Assembly: GCA_013265495.1 (NCBI GenBank)
Contig: MU058584.1
Span: 1,958,616 to 2,022,615 of the forward strand
Source: Vicugna vicugna
Taxonomy: Eukaryota
Direction: 5' to 3'
Length of the DNA stretch: 64,000 bases
The translations under genes and the position numbers were made by a program. The notes under the pieces were generated by a model. That model searched no databases and was not told the DNA's origin. It saw nothing but the letters and a program-made list of their open reading frames with translations. Below, in pieces: positions 38,284 to 52,264 of this stretch (within the stretch, counting starts at the first letter, position 1; the number at the start of each line of letters is the position of its first letter).

Positions 38284-39132
38284 TGTGATTTTTAGGAAAA
38301 ATATATTTGGTCTTTATCCACAGTTCCTGGCCCACAGCTTGCGAAGCCCTTAGACTTTCCTGAGCAGTAAGAACAATGGCATAATACTTGGTCTCTTGTG
38401 CTCAGTTTCTGAAAAAGCTTCAAGGACTTTCGGTTCCCACCCAAGGGTAGGGGCTGGTTGCCAGGGAAACCATGCATGTGATTAGAGGCTTGGAATTTTC
38501 AGTCCCACCCCTTCATATCCTGGTGGGGGGAGAGAGGCTGGAGGTTGAACCACTCGCCATCGTCAATGATTGAGTCAATCATGACTCTATAATGAAGCTT
38601 CCATAAAAGCCCGAAGGACAGCCTTTTGCTCCTTTTATTCCCCAAGAGTTTCCATGTTGGGAAACCAGACCCCTCCCACGTGCCAGGTCCCATGCTTCAC
38701 AAGGCCAGAAGCTCCTTTGTTCAGGACTTTGCCCCATCTCTCTTCATCTGGCTGTTGATTTGTATCCTGTAAGACACATCCTTTTATAATAAATTGGCAA
38801 TCTAATGAGGAAGCAAGTTTTCCCAAGTTCTGTGAGCCACGCTAGCAAATTCATCGAACCCAAGGAGGGGCTCTTGAGAATTTCCCATTTATAGCCAGTG
38901 GGTCAGAAGCACAGGTAACTCCCTGGCTTGCATCTGGCATCTAAAATGGGGGGGGGTGGGGGACAGGCTGGTGAGACTGAGCCCTTTACCTGTGGAATCT
39001 GATTCGATCTCGGGGTAGAGAGTGTCAGAACTGAGTTGAGTTTCTTTGACCCTCTGCTAGTATCTGAGAATTGCTCACCAGAGAAGCCTCTGCACACACG
39101 TATTTTGGAATTGGGTCCAAGAACCCTTTACA
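38284..39132 (+). mobile_element. MER21-family ERVL solo LTR
   Basis: TG...CA termini; tatatttggtctt...agttcctggc...ggggctggttgccagggaaacc...aatcaatcatg-like...ttctgtgagccacgctagcaaatt...gtgtcagaactgagttg. Confidence 0.85.
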
Positions 39133-39144
39133 CTCAGACAGACA

Positions 39145-39149
39145 AATAT

Positions 39150-39181
<32 letters not shown>

Positions 39182-39228
39182 GCATACGTACATATACATA
39201 CACACACACACACACATATATATATATA
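39145..39228. repeat. Complex (TA)/(CA) microsatellite
   Basis: Alternating TACA, CA and TA runs. Confidence 0.95.
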
Positions 39229-39417
39229 TGAGCCACATAAATCTGATACGTCAAATGCACATTATTTCAAGATGTAGCTAGTCATTTGCAGTCCATGCAG
39301 ACCTCGGGGTTCCTTGTATCCCAGGATCTTCCAGGGTTATTTGGAATCCAGGATTGCCTTTGTGTAGCGACTTTATCTTTGCCTCTCAGTCTTATTTGAA
39401 TTGAGGTAGAACCAATT

Positions 39418-39813
39418 NNNNNNNNNNNNNNNNNNNNNNNNNNNNNNNNNNNNNNNNNNNNNNNNNNNNNNNNNNNNNNNNNNNNNNNNNNNNNNNNNNN
39501 NNNNNNNNNNNNNNNNNNNNNNNNNNNNNNNNNNNNNNNNNNNNNNNNNNNNNNNNNNNNNNNNNNNNNNNNNNNNNNNNNNNNNNNNNNNNNNNNNNNN
39601 NNNNNNNNNNNNNNNNNNNNNNNNNNNNNNNNNNNNNNNNNNNNNNNNNNNNNNNNNNNNNNNNNNNNNNNNNNNNNNNNNNNNNNNNNNNNNNNNNNNN
39701 NNNNNNNNNNNNNNNNNNNNNNNNNNNNNNNNNNNNNNNNNNNNNNNNNNNNNNNNNNNNNNNNNNNNNNNNNNNNNNNNNNNNNNNNNNNNNNNNNNNN
39801 NNNNNNNNNNNNN
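39418..39813. other. Assembly gap (N run)
   Basis: Run of N. Confidence 1.
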
Positions 39814-41139
39814 AACACCGGCAAGCTTGTAATTGCCCTCTGTTCCACAGCCAGCATGACTATGGGTAAGAGGAAAGACGGGGCCAGGAAAACATTAATA
39901 AATTTACACTCACACCCCAGACCGACAGTTCTCAACCATAATGTCCCAGCACTCGGGTAAATCATGATGGATTGTGAAGTTTACTGAAAGTAGTCTGTTA
40001 CTAAAAATAAAGCATGGGCATTTGCAAATTGTTTGCTTTAAAAAAAATAAAGTGGAGGCAAACTTATCTCAATAATGACATCACTCCCTTCTACTTTCAT
40101 GCTGATCGGCAATCTCGAGATGGAGAGAAAGGAGCAGCGTTAAGGAGGGCATTTCGGGGTAAAATGCACATTAACTTGGCCTGTTCTTATCTGTGTAGCT
40201 GCCCTAGTAGGGGCATGAGAATGTGTGCATAACTAATTATCAATGGTTACATTGCTCAGGAAAATAATAATAATAATAAAATCAAATAGCCAGGTTTGCT
40301 TAGACATGCAATCCTTGGTTGATGTGTGGACCATTCTCCAGAAGGATATTTGTAACTCGGGCATTTTCCATAAGCCAATGTTAGTCTTGGTGGCTACTTT
40401 CTAACACAGTTAAATAGATCCCAGGTTTTCAGCGAATAACAATGGAAATTTGCCCTCTTCTCGGGACGAAAATGAGGTACTGAGGGGGACGGGAGATGGA
40501 ACTGAGAGAGAATGCTTCTGACTCTCATTCAAATGTACAGGTGGCTCTGATGTCAATCTCACCAAGGCACTACCTGTCACAGACATAATGGAGCGAAGAA
40601 TTTTATCCTCTAGAAATGTTCCGTGAGAGTTCTTCGCAGGAAAAGTACAATAAGAGAAAACAGGCATTTCTTTTTCAAGCAAGAGAGGACCATAAAGCAT
40701 GGCGCCATTCAGGGCAGGAGCAGGGGTTGTTGTGGGTTGCTTTCAGAGAAATCTTCAGTGGAAATTGATGTCACTCTTTCAAGCTTCTCAAGTTGGGGTG
40801 GTGCTTCCAGGTCTCATGTCACATGACTCTGCAGAGGCTGGACCACACTTACTCCTGTTCACAAGGAAGTTATATGAGGATTGATTCATACCCTCAGATT
40901 CACATAATATAGAATATCTTTCCCCTGAATAAATGAAACCTCCTCCAAATATTCTTTATTTCCAGATACTGACAATATGATAGTTTCCATCTTATGAAAC
41001 TTTTCGAGGATTGGAGCTAATTACTAAGCAAAAGTGAACATAAGTATTTTCAGGATCTCAATACATATGAAGCAGCACTGTAAGTTTTACTAGGTTGAAG
41101 GTGCTGTAAGAATACATTTTTTAGATATTTGCATAGTCC

Positions 41140-41300
41140 CTTCAAGCTTATAATGAATTTTTACCTACGTTACATTATTTGAGGGTTAATGACCTAAGAT
41201 GAAGACAAGGTCACTATTAGAAGATAAGAAATCGAAAGCTTACAGAAGTTATATAACTCTCCAGTTTTCATCACACTAACAAGTTAGGGAACTGGGCAAG
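41140..41300 (-). mobile_element. MIR fragment
   Basis: ttagaagataagaaatcgaaagcttacagaagtt...cacactaacaagttagggaactggg. Confidence 0.55.
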
Positions 41301-43149
41301 CACCCATTACTTTTCACTTCAAATAGAGTGAGAGACCTTCCCTTTATGGAAAAAAAAAAAAACAAAAAACAAAGAATTATCAGCCTAAGACACAATTGGA
41401 ACCTAGAACTTCAAGGAAATGGGAAACTATTATAGATGTGGAATTAGCACAGATTTTGCTCATCCTCCTTTCTATCGCACATGACCACTGAAATGCTCCT
41501 GAGTTTGACTTGACTGCCCCAGACATCAGCTCAATTTTGTCTTAACAACCATGAGACAATTCCCAGCATCAATTATAAGTGAATGATCACAGCCTATTGT
41601 TACTTAATCTTAGATACTTTGGACCATTTAACCACATTTGACCTTAGTGTTTTTCTAGGACCAGTGTGTGAATTGAAGATAATCTTTAAAATAAGTGAAC
41701 TGAGGAGGTGAACTTTCTCCTTTGGTCTAGCCAGTAAATGATCAGTAAATGATTAAGACATCAATGGACAACTAATGTCAGGCTAATGGTGAATAAGTGT
41801 CTTAAGCATGTGGGGTTTTTTTTAAATCACTGGATACTTTTGTGTCCATCTAGAATTGAATTCAAAATAATCTTTGGGTTGATTAACATATAGAGCCTTG
41901 TACAAGCTCACCAGAAATCCAGGCTTTACCTAGCAAATCACTCAAAAACTCTATGTGTCTCAGTTTCCTCATACATAGATAAAGTAAATGCTACCTAACT
42001 TGAAAAATTTTGTGACAGTTAAGTGAGCTCATGCATACGAAATTACCAAGCAGAGGAAGAAAAAAAGAAAGTGATCCTAATCATAACATCATGTAGCTAA
42101 TCTCAAATCCTTTTTTCTTTTTTTTCTGTGAAAATTGAGAATTGGCTCCAAAATTCTAGGCAAGTTTCTCTTGCTATCTACCACTCTTTTCTAACTGCAT
42201 TGCAATTGAATTCACTATGTAACTTCCTGTCCCTAGTTTGTATTGCTCTATCTACAAATTTTTAAGTAAATTCTGCACCCCTCCCTTGAGGTAGCCTGAG
42301 ACCTCACAGATCCTGCTCTGTCATTGTCCGAAGTCTGTGAGAGATTATGTTCTCCTCTGTCCTGAACTCTTGGTATTGGTGGATGGTCTTCCCCATACAC
42401 TTGCCAAAGCAGGTTAGATACATTAAGTATGTAGATCTGATGATATGAATATGTTCCAAGGCATCAGACTTAGTAGAGGTCAAATTGATTGAGAAAACTG
42501 TGGTGGGAAAAAAATCTAGGTGAGAAAATTAATTTAAAAAAAGTATTCAAGGTTTAGCTTCAAGCTTAAGTTAGAGAACCACAAAAAATCAAGAACTCGA
42601 ACAATTATGTAGTTCATGATACCCCCCATCCTTGTCCCCTAGGCCCTGATGCACCCACACTGAATCCTCCTGGGCAGAGAGATGGCAGTTGGCCCATCCA
42701 ACGTAAAATGCATTTCTGGAGAATCCTTAACTTCAAGTCTAATGAGAGTCATGGGACCTCAGAGAGCGATTCCGTCTTCACACCCAACACAAGAACCTTC
42801 CTGAATGGATGGCGTGATCAAATCAGCTCACCCCAACTCCTCCCTTAGCTTATTTGATGTTCGTCTCCCATTCTTCAATCCCCCAAATTCATAAAATTTC
42901 GCAGAAGAAGAATACTGTTTCCAGCCCTCTGAGCTAAGACCACTGGTGGAGTAAATGCTGGTCTGAGGACAAAGGGTTTTTACACTAGTCCTTATGTGGA
43001 CACTTCGGTGTTGCTGTCATTATTAGTGGGTTAATTACCCTCCATGCTCACTCTGCACTTACTTTTCTTCTCACAGGGACACGCCTGCCTGATAAACAAC
43101 AGGGATTTGTTATAGAGCAACCTTATTGCATTACGGTTACATCACAGCT

Positions 43150-43370
43150 TCTGGAATGACGCTGACCAAGCTCAAGTCTTGGATCCAACACCACGTTGTG
43201 TTGTGACCCTGGGCAGTTGCTTTACTCAGCCTCAGCTTCTTCATCTCTAACATGGTCCCAGTAAGCATGGTGTTGATAGGATTAACGAAGCTAACACGTG
43301 TGAAACACTCAAAACTAACATGTACGAGTAAGCTCTCCTAAATGTTAACCAATAATGTTGTAATTAATAT
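43150..43370 (+). mobile_element. MIR SINE
   Basis: tgttgtgaccctgggcagttgc...cctcagcttcttcatctctaacatgg...gtgtgaaacactc...taaatgttaacc. Confidence 0.75.
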
Positions 43371-43678
43371 TATCATTTGATAGCTATTCCTTAGCTACAG
43401 GTCTGCTTTGCTCTACGAGCTGACGCGTGGTCAGATGGCTAGCTTCAGTGACTACTCCATCTCTGTTCTACCTTACACAAAATCGTCCTTTTGATACTCA
43501 CGTGTACAGTGACTTTTTTTTTTCTCCTAGATTTAACACTCTGTCCTGTCTTTACTGATTTTCATTCACTTGCTGGGGGTACTTTTCCAACCCACCAAGC
43601 TCTTGTCCTGGGACAGTAAGTCAACAAGCTTTCTCACACAAACTGGTCTGTGCTATAAACTTCATCAAGTTCTAGTCC

Positions 43679-43900
43679 GAGGGTTGGCCAACTTTATCTG
43701 AAAAAAACCAGACAGTAAATATCTTAGGCTTTACAGGCCTTCTGGTCTCTGTTGCAGTCACTCAACTCTGCCAACGTAGAGCAAAAGCAGCCATCAACAC
43801 TACAGACACAAATGACCAAGGCAGGGGTCCAATATAACTATATTTACAAAAATAGTTGATGGGTCCAATTTGGCCCTTAGGCTATGGTCTGCTGACCCCC
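43679..43900. mobile_element. MER58A hAT-Charlie MITE
   Basis: gagggttggccaacttt...cagacagtaaatatcttaggcttt...cactcaactctgcc...aagcagccat...gctgacccc; same family as 28192. Confidence 0.88.
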
Positions 43901-44483
43901 TCCTCTTCCATTTCCCAGAAATTAACACTTATTAAACCTACATTGATAGACAATCATCCACGTAATCTTATGGTTTATTCTTTGCCCACCTCATAATTAT
44001 CTGGCCTAGAATTTGTTTTCCAGCTTATTGCAGAGGAATCCATGAAGCTCAAAAGCCTTGCAAAAGTGAAGCTAGGTCACATTTCTCAATGCCAGCCCTA
44101 TAAACTTATTTTTTAAAAAAATACAGATGTCTGCAATCTAGCTTTCTGCGCCCTTGCTTCCCTATAGAAAGCTTGGTTCCAGAAAGACTGGACACTTAAG
44201 ACGGATGCCACTTGGAATTCCTTTCTCCAAACTCAAGCCAAATGCCACCTGCAATACCAAACTTTCCTAGGCTTCAGGAATGCTGAGATATTTTTTTTCA
44301 TCCCTCTGTCTCCCAGTGACTTGCACCCTCATGAGATATTCAGTGGAAAAAAAAATTTGAATGAATCTTGCCCCACAGAGAAAAAGGTTCATACAGATGG
44401 TTACTCAGTACATGATCCTCTTCCAAAGATTTTGTAAGTTCTTTTTTGAGCATCAAACATGTTCAAGGAAACTATAGTCATAG

Positions 44484-44610
44484 CTAATAATAATCTATAC
44501 TGAAAAAGAATATGAAAAAGAATATATATGTATAACTGAATCACTAGACTGTACACCAGACTAACACAGCACTGTAAATCAACTACACTTCAATAAAAAA
44601 AATTTTTAAA
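44484..44610 (+). mobile_element. Extreme 3' end of an artiodactyl-type L1
   Basis: aaaagaatatgaaaaagaatatatatgtataactgaatcact...gtaaatcaactacacttcaataaaaaaa. Confidence 0.9.
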
Positions 44611-44734
44611 GGAAAAAGAATGTTCAATGGTACTGAGCCATACCAAAAAAGTTCTATAATGTTCATAGACCTGTCGATGTTTCATTAAAACAGTGATCTC
44701 TTTCCAGAGAATTTCATTAACGCAGAATAAACGT

Positions 44735-44870
44735 TGACTGGAAAGTTAGGAGATAGATCTGAGTTCTAGTCTTGGCTAGGCTATTTAGCTGGATGACTCT
44801 GCATAAGCGTTTCCCTGCTCTGGGCCTCAGTTTACGCACCTGTAAAATTAATTAACTGGACCAACTGTTC
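44735..44870 (+). mobile_element. MIR SINE
   Basis: gagttctagtcttggc...ctctgggcctcagtttacgcacctgtaaaat. Confidence 0.75.
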
Positions 44871-47800
44871 CGTAGGGTACCGTCTGTATGCTTAACGATG
44901 CTGCCTAAAAAGACCAGGCTTGCATCTCTAGTTTAGCGGTCTCTACTCGTCCCTTGTCTTCTCCTGGAGTCCTAGAAGAGCATGAGCACTGGGGCCTGGG
45001 CTCTTCCTTCCTCCTCCAGAGTTCAAGTTTCCATCTCAAAATTTTCACCTGGGTGGGAAAGTCTCTCTGGCGACTTCAGTATAAACAGCACAGAGAATTC
45101 AGGGGCTGCAAATGCTTGTGGAACTTCTTTACGATGTCAGAGACTTGTTCTAAGAAGCGTGCATCTTCCAGACAAGAGTCTCGGGGAGCAGAGTGCCCCT
45201 TAGTCCCATCGCTGCATCTCCCTGAGATAGCAGTGCCACACCTGCTGGGAAAGAGGTTAATTGCCCCAGTGCCAACGTAAGGAACTTTTGTCAGTTCCTC
45301 GTGAGTCGTGGGGACACAGGAGAAGAGAGTTGTAACAGACGAGCAGAGAAACTAAAGAAAAAATACCAGAGGAAAAGGGACACATAGGAAGTACTAACTG
45401 GAGAATACAAAGGATTTAATGGAGCAGTGATTTATACCAATGCGCCTTTTTTAGGGAAGGCAGATTGAAATCCCACAGAGCTTCAATCTTCCTCCAAATG
45501 CATGTGATTTCAGAGACTCCCCGGGGCCCATGCTTCCTCCTGGGAACGGAGACCTCTCAGCACGATGGAGGTTCTGCCACACCTGCTGCTGAGAGAGATG
45601 ATTTTTCATTGGGACGGACTGGGACAGCCCCACAACAATGTGAAGAAAAGGAAAGCCACTCTTTCAAAGAAGGGGCTTAGCCAGAGAGCCAAGAACAATC
45701 TCAGTGAGAGGTTTCTAAGTTTTATATGTTCCAGGGGTTTCGCCTTCCACGGCAGTTGTCAAGGCAACAGAGTAAAGTCACAACCGAAAAGACAAATGTC
45801 ATCAGCCTCACTGAGTGTCGCCACCTTTACCTGCCAACCGCAGGTGCAAATAGTGCCCTCTCTTGTCCGGCAGCAGCATCCCAGATTTACCCCAGATTCA
45901 CAGACAGCAGGATGCAGAGAGAGACAGACAGACATCCTATTGTTTTCCACATAGGCGGCTTCTTCATAAACCTATAAAAGAATCTGGAACAGTCTCTCAA
46001 GCTTGGCAGACTTTACAAAATCTGTTCATTTAGAAGTTGAATAGTTTTATTTATTTTCATGTTTGTAAAGAATAAAGTTATTGAAGGAAATTTCCAATCT
46101 TTCCACATATACATAAAATATATACATTTGTGTTAAAGTTATCCACATACGACTTAGAGAATTCCAAAGTGTAATTCGTAAATTAATATAAGGTATCATT
46201 TAATTAACAAAAAAAAATCTGTTATTTTTAACCATTCTGGCAATTTGGGGTTATGTATCATAGGAAGGAAGCCCTCTGTTTAGAAAAATAACCAACCAAC
46301 GAACTTTAGAAAGTAGAGCCAGTTTTTTTTTTTCCCAGAACAGACCTATGGTTCGAAATGTTTTCCTTATTCATAATTTCAGAGGACAAAGTGAACATTC
46401 AGATTATAATGGGCCCAACAATTTCAGGCCATAAAGAAAACAGACAAGCCTCAAAGACATCTGCCTGTGGATAAGGAAGAAGTAAATATTCCCTTTGTGG
46501 GGACCCGGGATGCAGCTAACCCTCCAGGGACGAGACGGGCTCTCCCTTGGCAAGGTAGAGTGCACCTGCTGCGTTTGTCCCGAAGATGCTCCATCTCAGC
46601 CATAAGATGCACCCTCTCTGTAATCTTTCTGGGTGGGAAAAAGGCTGTGAAAACTTTACAACGAATCATATGTCGAAAGTGACTGATTTGCTCTAAATTC
46701 ACCTATCTGCTCTAGAAACATAAACTGGAAATGCCAGAAAAAAGGTGTAATTCATTATTTATCCTGGTTCCAATGATAAAGGCCCACTCAGATGTGCCAA
46801 CAGACTGGCTTCCTCTCTCTGCTGACCCATTATCATCTCACTCTGTGCGTCATTTTTTGAAAACACCAATTACCTTCTGTCCAAAATTGAGTTCTTTTTT
46901 TACCTGTCTTATTTCTTCATTGGATGGACTGTTACCTCCCAAAGGGCAGGAACAATGTCTAAATCATCTTTGCAGTCATTTGTCACGTGGTTTCTTGCAT
47001 ATGTTAATCATTTATTTATTCAACAAACTTACACAGCACACATCAGGCTTTGTGTTGTACCAAGTAGATGGACAACCTCAGGCCCCCACCACCTCCTGCA
47101 GAGGCAAAGCTCATCCCAGAAAGCCCACCTTTTGAACAAGAGAGCCAATCAGAACACCCCAACTCAGTAGGGACCGAACCAAGCATGGCTGGTTCCTTCT
47201 TCCAAACTCCACTCAAAGCTTCCCATGCACTTGAACAGATTGTTTTCTCTCTCCTGCCTCAGTTTCTTTCTCTGTCAAAGAGGGAGTTGGATTTAGTGAG
47301 CTATAAAGTTCCTTCTGGTTATGCAATAGTTACTGTTAAAACTGAGGAAAATCGCTTACTGGCAAAAAATAGAGCAGTCCATCAAATAGCCACTAGAGTA
47401 TTTACTGATTACTGACAGAGGGCAGAGTATGAGGGGTCTGCAACTCTTTGGTTATTCCGATGATATGGACGCAAAGCCAGCGGTGTTGATAATAAGCACT
47501 CCAGATCTTGTGAAATGAGAGGTTAAGAAAAAGATTGGAAAAAAAAAACAATCTAAGTTGCACTGAAGTTGGACAATGGCATTAATTATTACGCATTAAA
47601 TAATACAGTGAACTATCAAAAAAAAAAAAAGAAGAAGAAAGAAAAGGATTTGAAAGGCAGTGGGCAACAGGGCAGGTCATGCACAAATCCTAAAAACAAA
47701 AGTTCCAAGCCAGAACACAGCTGATTGGAACAAATCAGAGAGAATACGAGTTCGAAATCTCTTTGATTTATGACTTCCTACAGGATATTGAGACATTATT

Positions 47801-48619
47801 TACAATCAGTATGTATTCCTGTTAGCATCTCACTGGAGCCCCTGATGTGGCCTCACACCGTGGAGGCTGGTCAGCCCACTCCAACAGACAGACTCTCTGT
47901 GTCCTATCGGGACAGGCAATGAATCCAGCTGTAGCCACGACCTCCCTGAAAATTATGCTGGTTACTCTCGCCCTTGGGTGCCTGACCCAGAGATAGGAAT
48001 TTACAGGGAGAAGGCAAGTTGGTTGGAAGAAGATAGACTAGAACAAGCTTCCTTCTATAATTCTCATTTGCAATCTCTTGCACTACTGCCTTTCTGTAAC
48101 TCACCTTCTTTAAAGAATCAAATGGAGTATCTTTGGGTCATTTGGACACTCACTATAAAATTTCCTAAACGGATTTCTCCTAATGCTGATGCAGATGGAA
48201 TGCCAGGAAAGAGAAAAACTAATCTAGACTGGCCTCTAATCACTCAACATTATATACCTTATATCATGCTCAATGATACGGGAAATATAAATATGAGAGC
48301 ATAAAACATTAAATATTGGGGGGTAGATAAAATGTAAAATGTTTACATGGATAAAATATAAAATAGGAGCTCTCTTGTTTACAAGAAGCCCCCTCTTGTT
48401 GGGGGCAGGGCGAAGATATTCTTTCCTGAGAAATTTACAAAGCTGTCATATTTCTCTTCTTCCATTCAGTCCATTGAATATGCCATGTACCCTCTCACCC
48501 CCAGTATTTTGAACATGCCTCCCAATGCCTGCATCACTATTACCATAAACATTCCCCTCTTCTCAAAAAAAAAAAATTACCCATACCAGGCAGAACTTTA
48601 CCTTACTAAGCTCTACCTT

Positions 48620-48850
48620 TCTTGTAGAATCTCAACTTGAATATTAGTTTTTCCAAGAGACTCTTCCTGAGGCCCTAGGTGAGATTCCCCTAAAATGCGT
48701 TATCAGAGTACCCTGTACCTCCTCTCATGTAATCACACTTGACTAGAATTACTTGTTTGATGGTCTATTGTGTCAACTAGACTGTAAGTCCTGTAAGAAA
48801 GAGGACCATGTCTGTCTTGGTCATGATGATCCCGTAGACTTGCCATCTGT
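48620..48850 (+). mobile_element. L2 3' fragment
   Basis: tctcaacttgaatatt...aactagactgtaagtcctgtaagaaagaggaccatgtctgtcttggtca. Confidence 0.7.
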
Positions 48851-49193
48851 GTCCTCTGGTACAGTTTATCAATCCAGACACAGACATAGCCATGCATCTG
48901 CCCGATAACCTTCTCAGACATCCTGTTCCTAGAGGGCCGACCCAGAGTTCTGATCTTGTGGGGAGAAGGCAGTTGGCTCGGAAGAGGATTTTAAGCATGA
49001 CAAGTAATCAACGGAGTCCCAAGCAAGAAGGAGGTGTGCAGTACCCATTTACTGCAGAATCAGTATAACTAAGAATAAACCAAAGAATGAAATGATTACA
49101 GAATGATCAGTGCTTATCAAAGAAGTGACTCTAAATGCAGTCGTAATCAGTGAACGAAAAATGACACTGCTCTTGATTTAGCCTAGCTCAGTG

Positions 49194-49330
49194 GGAAGGT
49201 ATAGTTCTAGTGGTAGGGTGCATGTTTAACAGGCATGAAGTCCTCGCTTCAATTCCCAGTACAACCATTAAAATAAATAAATAAACCTAATTACCCCTCC
49301 CCACCAAAAAAATTTTTAAAAATTAAAATG
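49194..49330 (+). mobile_element. Camelid tRNA-derived SINE (Vic-1-like), more diverged copy with TSD
   Basis: ggaaggtatagttctagtggtagg...ttcaattcccagtac...aaacctaattacccctccccacc; flanks agcctagctcagtg (49180-49193) and agcttagttcagtg (49333-49346). Confidence 0.88.
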
Positions 49331-49884
49331 CAAGCTTAGTTCAGTGTTTGGAAACAGGCGTTAACTACTTTTTGAGACTTGAATATCTTTCCCTCAACAA
49401 ACAGCCATAATTTTTTTTTTTTACTTCTCTTGTTACTCATAATGGAGACAAATCCATTCCTGAGTCTGCATCATCAGATAAGGTACCACCTCAGCCTGCT
49501 CACTGTCTGTCTCTAGTGTGCGTAATGCAAGGCAGAAGGTAAAAACTAAGTGAAGAATGTGTCTGCATTTGGTCAACAGCACAGGCTCATAGCGTCTCTC
49601 TAAGGAACAGGCTAAAATGGAGAGGGAGTGAAAAACAGCCTGATCACTACTGTAAATTAGGCGAAGTAAGACATCCTTCTGTTAGAAGTCTTTGTGGCTG
49701 CGGTTTTGAGAAGGAGACAGTGGTCAACATCAGTGAATCACAATCCATCAGGCAGCTGCTATTTAAATGCTTTCGTCTGTGGTGCAGGAGCCCCCATTCC
49801 AGCTTCTCCACCCTGCTGGCTTGGATGGGCCCTGGCCATTGACTTGATAACTTCCGGTTGGCTCTCAGAGCTTCCACTTTCAAC

Positions 49885-50610
49885 CCATTATTCATCCCAC
49901 AAATATTCGTTGAGTTTCTATTATGTGCCAGATACTGGGGATTCCATGGTCAACAGAACAAACCATAATTGCTGTCTTCATGAAATGTATAACCTAGTGA
50001 ATGGCACAGATCAGATCATAAAATAATGTTGCAGATCATAAATGCAGAATTACAGATTGTGACGAATGCCAGGAAGAAAAGGTACAATGTGTTAGGGGAG
50101 ACTGTAATGAAGAAGTGTTTTAAATCAAGGGGTGATAGAAACCTTCTCTAAGGAACTAGGAGCCTAAGGGAATGGATGCGTTTAGCCAGTAAAAGACAGG
50201 GGCCTTATCGCCAAGCTTGTGGGGAAGCCCTGACGTGGAAAAAGCTCAGCACACGCACATTTGGAGACATGGCAGGAAACCAGTGTGGACAGAACATCTG
50301 AAGAGAGGGTACAAGAGAAGCTTGAGGGGTGGGCAGAGAGCTGATCTCATAACGCTTTGCAGGCTGGGTTAAAACGTGGGCTTTCTCCATGAAAATGTTT
50401 AGCAGTGGACTGAGGTGATCTGAAGACCCCTCCAGCTGCCTTAGGAGGATGGATTGGAGGAAAGGTGGGAAAGGATGAAGGAACTCAGTCTGGAGGCTGC
50501 TGCTGGAGATCAGGTGAGACACCTGCCAATGACTGAACCCAGGCGGTGGCCACAGAGGCAGAAAGAAGTGGAACAACTGAAGGTATATTTGGAGGTCGAA
50601 TTGCCGGGAC
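49885..50610 (-). mobile_element. L2 fragment
   Basis: ttcatcccacaaatattcgttgagtttctattatgtgccagatactgggg...gaggctgctgctggagatcaggtgaga. Confidence 0.85.
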
Positions 50611-51454
50611 CTCTTTCTCCATTGAACTCCCCCGAGTGGCTGTGTCTCCTCAAACAATACGTGCCGATGTTCACACTGCTTGTAAGACTGTCAACTTAGC
50701 AGCCCAGCTCTGCCTCTGCCACGGTCTGGTTATTTTGGTCACACAGACGTGGTTTTAATAATAGTCTCATCCTCTCTATAGACTCAGTGCTAAGTCTGGT
50801 TTACGTTGGGCCAGATTTTTTCATTCTACTCAGCTCTGTGGGAGAACTTCCCCCCTCCCCCATCAGGAGCAACATAGAGAGAGAGAACCTGGCCATATAC
50901 CTATAAAACTGGGGTTGGAGGGACATGAGACAATACAGCAGGAGTTGTTAGAACAAGAATTTCATGGTTTGGATTCCAACTAATTCGTAGAACTCTCTTC
51001 CCCAACAGAGGGAGTTGGCTGAGATGCTGAAGTTAGCAAATTGCCTGCTTCATGCAGTCACCATGTCCATTTCAGCATGTTTTCTATGGATTTTCTCCCA
51101 CGTCATCTATTAATTACCTAATTACATTGTCTAATTATGGGATTCTTCATGTATTTATACTGATTACGTAATTGGGAGCAATTACACTAATTAGGTTAAT
51201 GACACAGGATAACAGACTACAAATTGCTTTAAAGGGACACTGTGAAGGCTGAGAGGCCAAAAACCCTTTGGAGGCAGGTCAGGATCTGTCTGTTAGCAGC
51301 TCAGAGCTTCTCTGGCCCGCATCCTCATCTTCACCTTCAGATCCACTCTACAGAACAGTGTGGGGGAACTAGCAAATCTCTTCCCTAAGACCAGGAGACC
51401 TGGGACAAAGCAGTGAAGCAGGAATAGTCTGCAGGTCACTCCCAGACCCACTCT

Positions 51455-52045
51455 TGTGGTAGACAGAATAATACAGCTCCTCAAAAAGATGTCTATCCCT
51501 CATACCCAGAACCTGTGACCTTATTATCTTACACAGAGAAAGGGACTTTGCAGACATGATTAAGGGTAATGACCTTGACATGGGAAGACGATCCTGAATT
51601 ATCCAGGCGGGCCCAATCTAATCATATGAGTCCTTAAAAAATGGAGAAACTTTCCCAGCTGGGTGGCAGAGATGAGACCATGGAATACAGAAAAGTCAGT
51701 TGGAAGATGGCAGCAGGAGAAGGATCCAACACCCCATTTCTGGTTTGGAGAAGCTGAGCAGTTTTGGTCCATGTACAAGAACCAGAGAGAGGCCTCTAGG
51801 AGTTAAGGGCAGCCCCAGCTGACAGCTGGCAAGGAGATGGGGACCTCAGTCCTACAGCCCAGGAACTGAATTCTGCCACCTGAATGAGCAAGGAGATGGA
51901 TTCTACGCTGGAGCCAACGGAAAAGAATGCAGCCCAACTGAACCCTAATTTTGGCCTAGTGACATCTGTGTGGCCCTTCTGACCTATTGAAATATAATAT
52001 AGCAAGTCTGTAATGATTTGTTACAGCAACAATGGAAAACTAACA
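51455..52045 (+). mobile_element. MLT1D/E-like MaLR solo LTR
   Basis: Starts tgtggtagacagaataat and ends gttacagcaacaatggaaaactaaca; internal gggactttgcagacatgattaagg and ggaactgaattctgcca. Confidence 0.92.
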
Positions 52046-52264
52046 AACTTCCTCATTCTCTTCCCCTTTCCTCCCCCCACTTCCTTTAGGGTCCCCCCTG
52101 CCTTGCATATTCTCTCATCTGCTCTCTCTCTTATCAAAGCCTGTTTTCAAGAAAACATCTGATAGAATCTTGTCCCCTAAGACAAACATAGATCAGTGTC
52201 ATCTCTCCCAATGACAAGTGCATTTTCAGTTTTAGCCCTCATTGTGGAATAAGGGATTTTGTCC

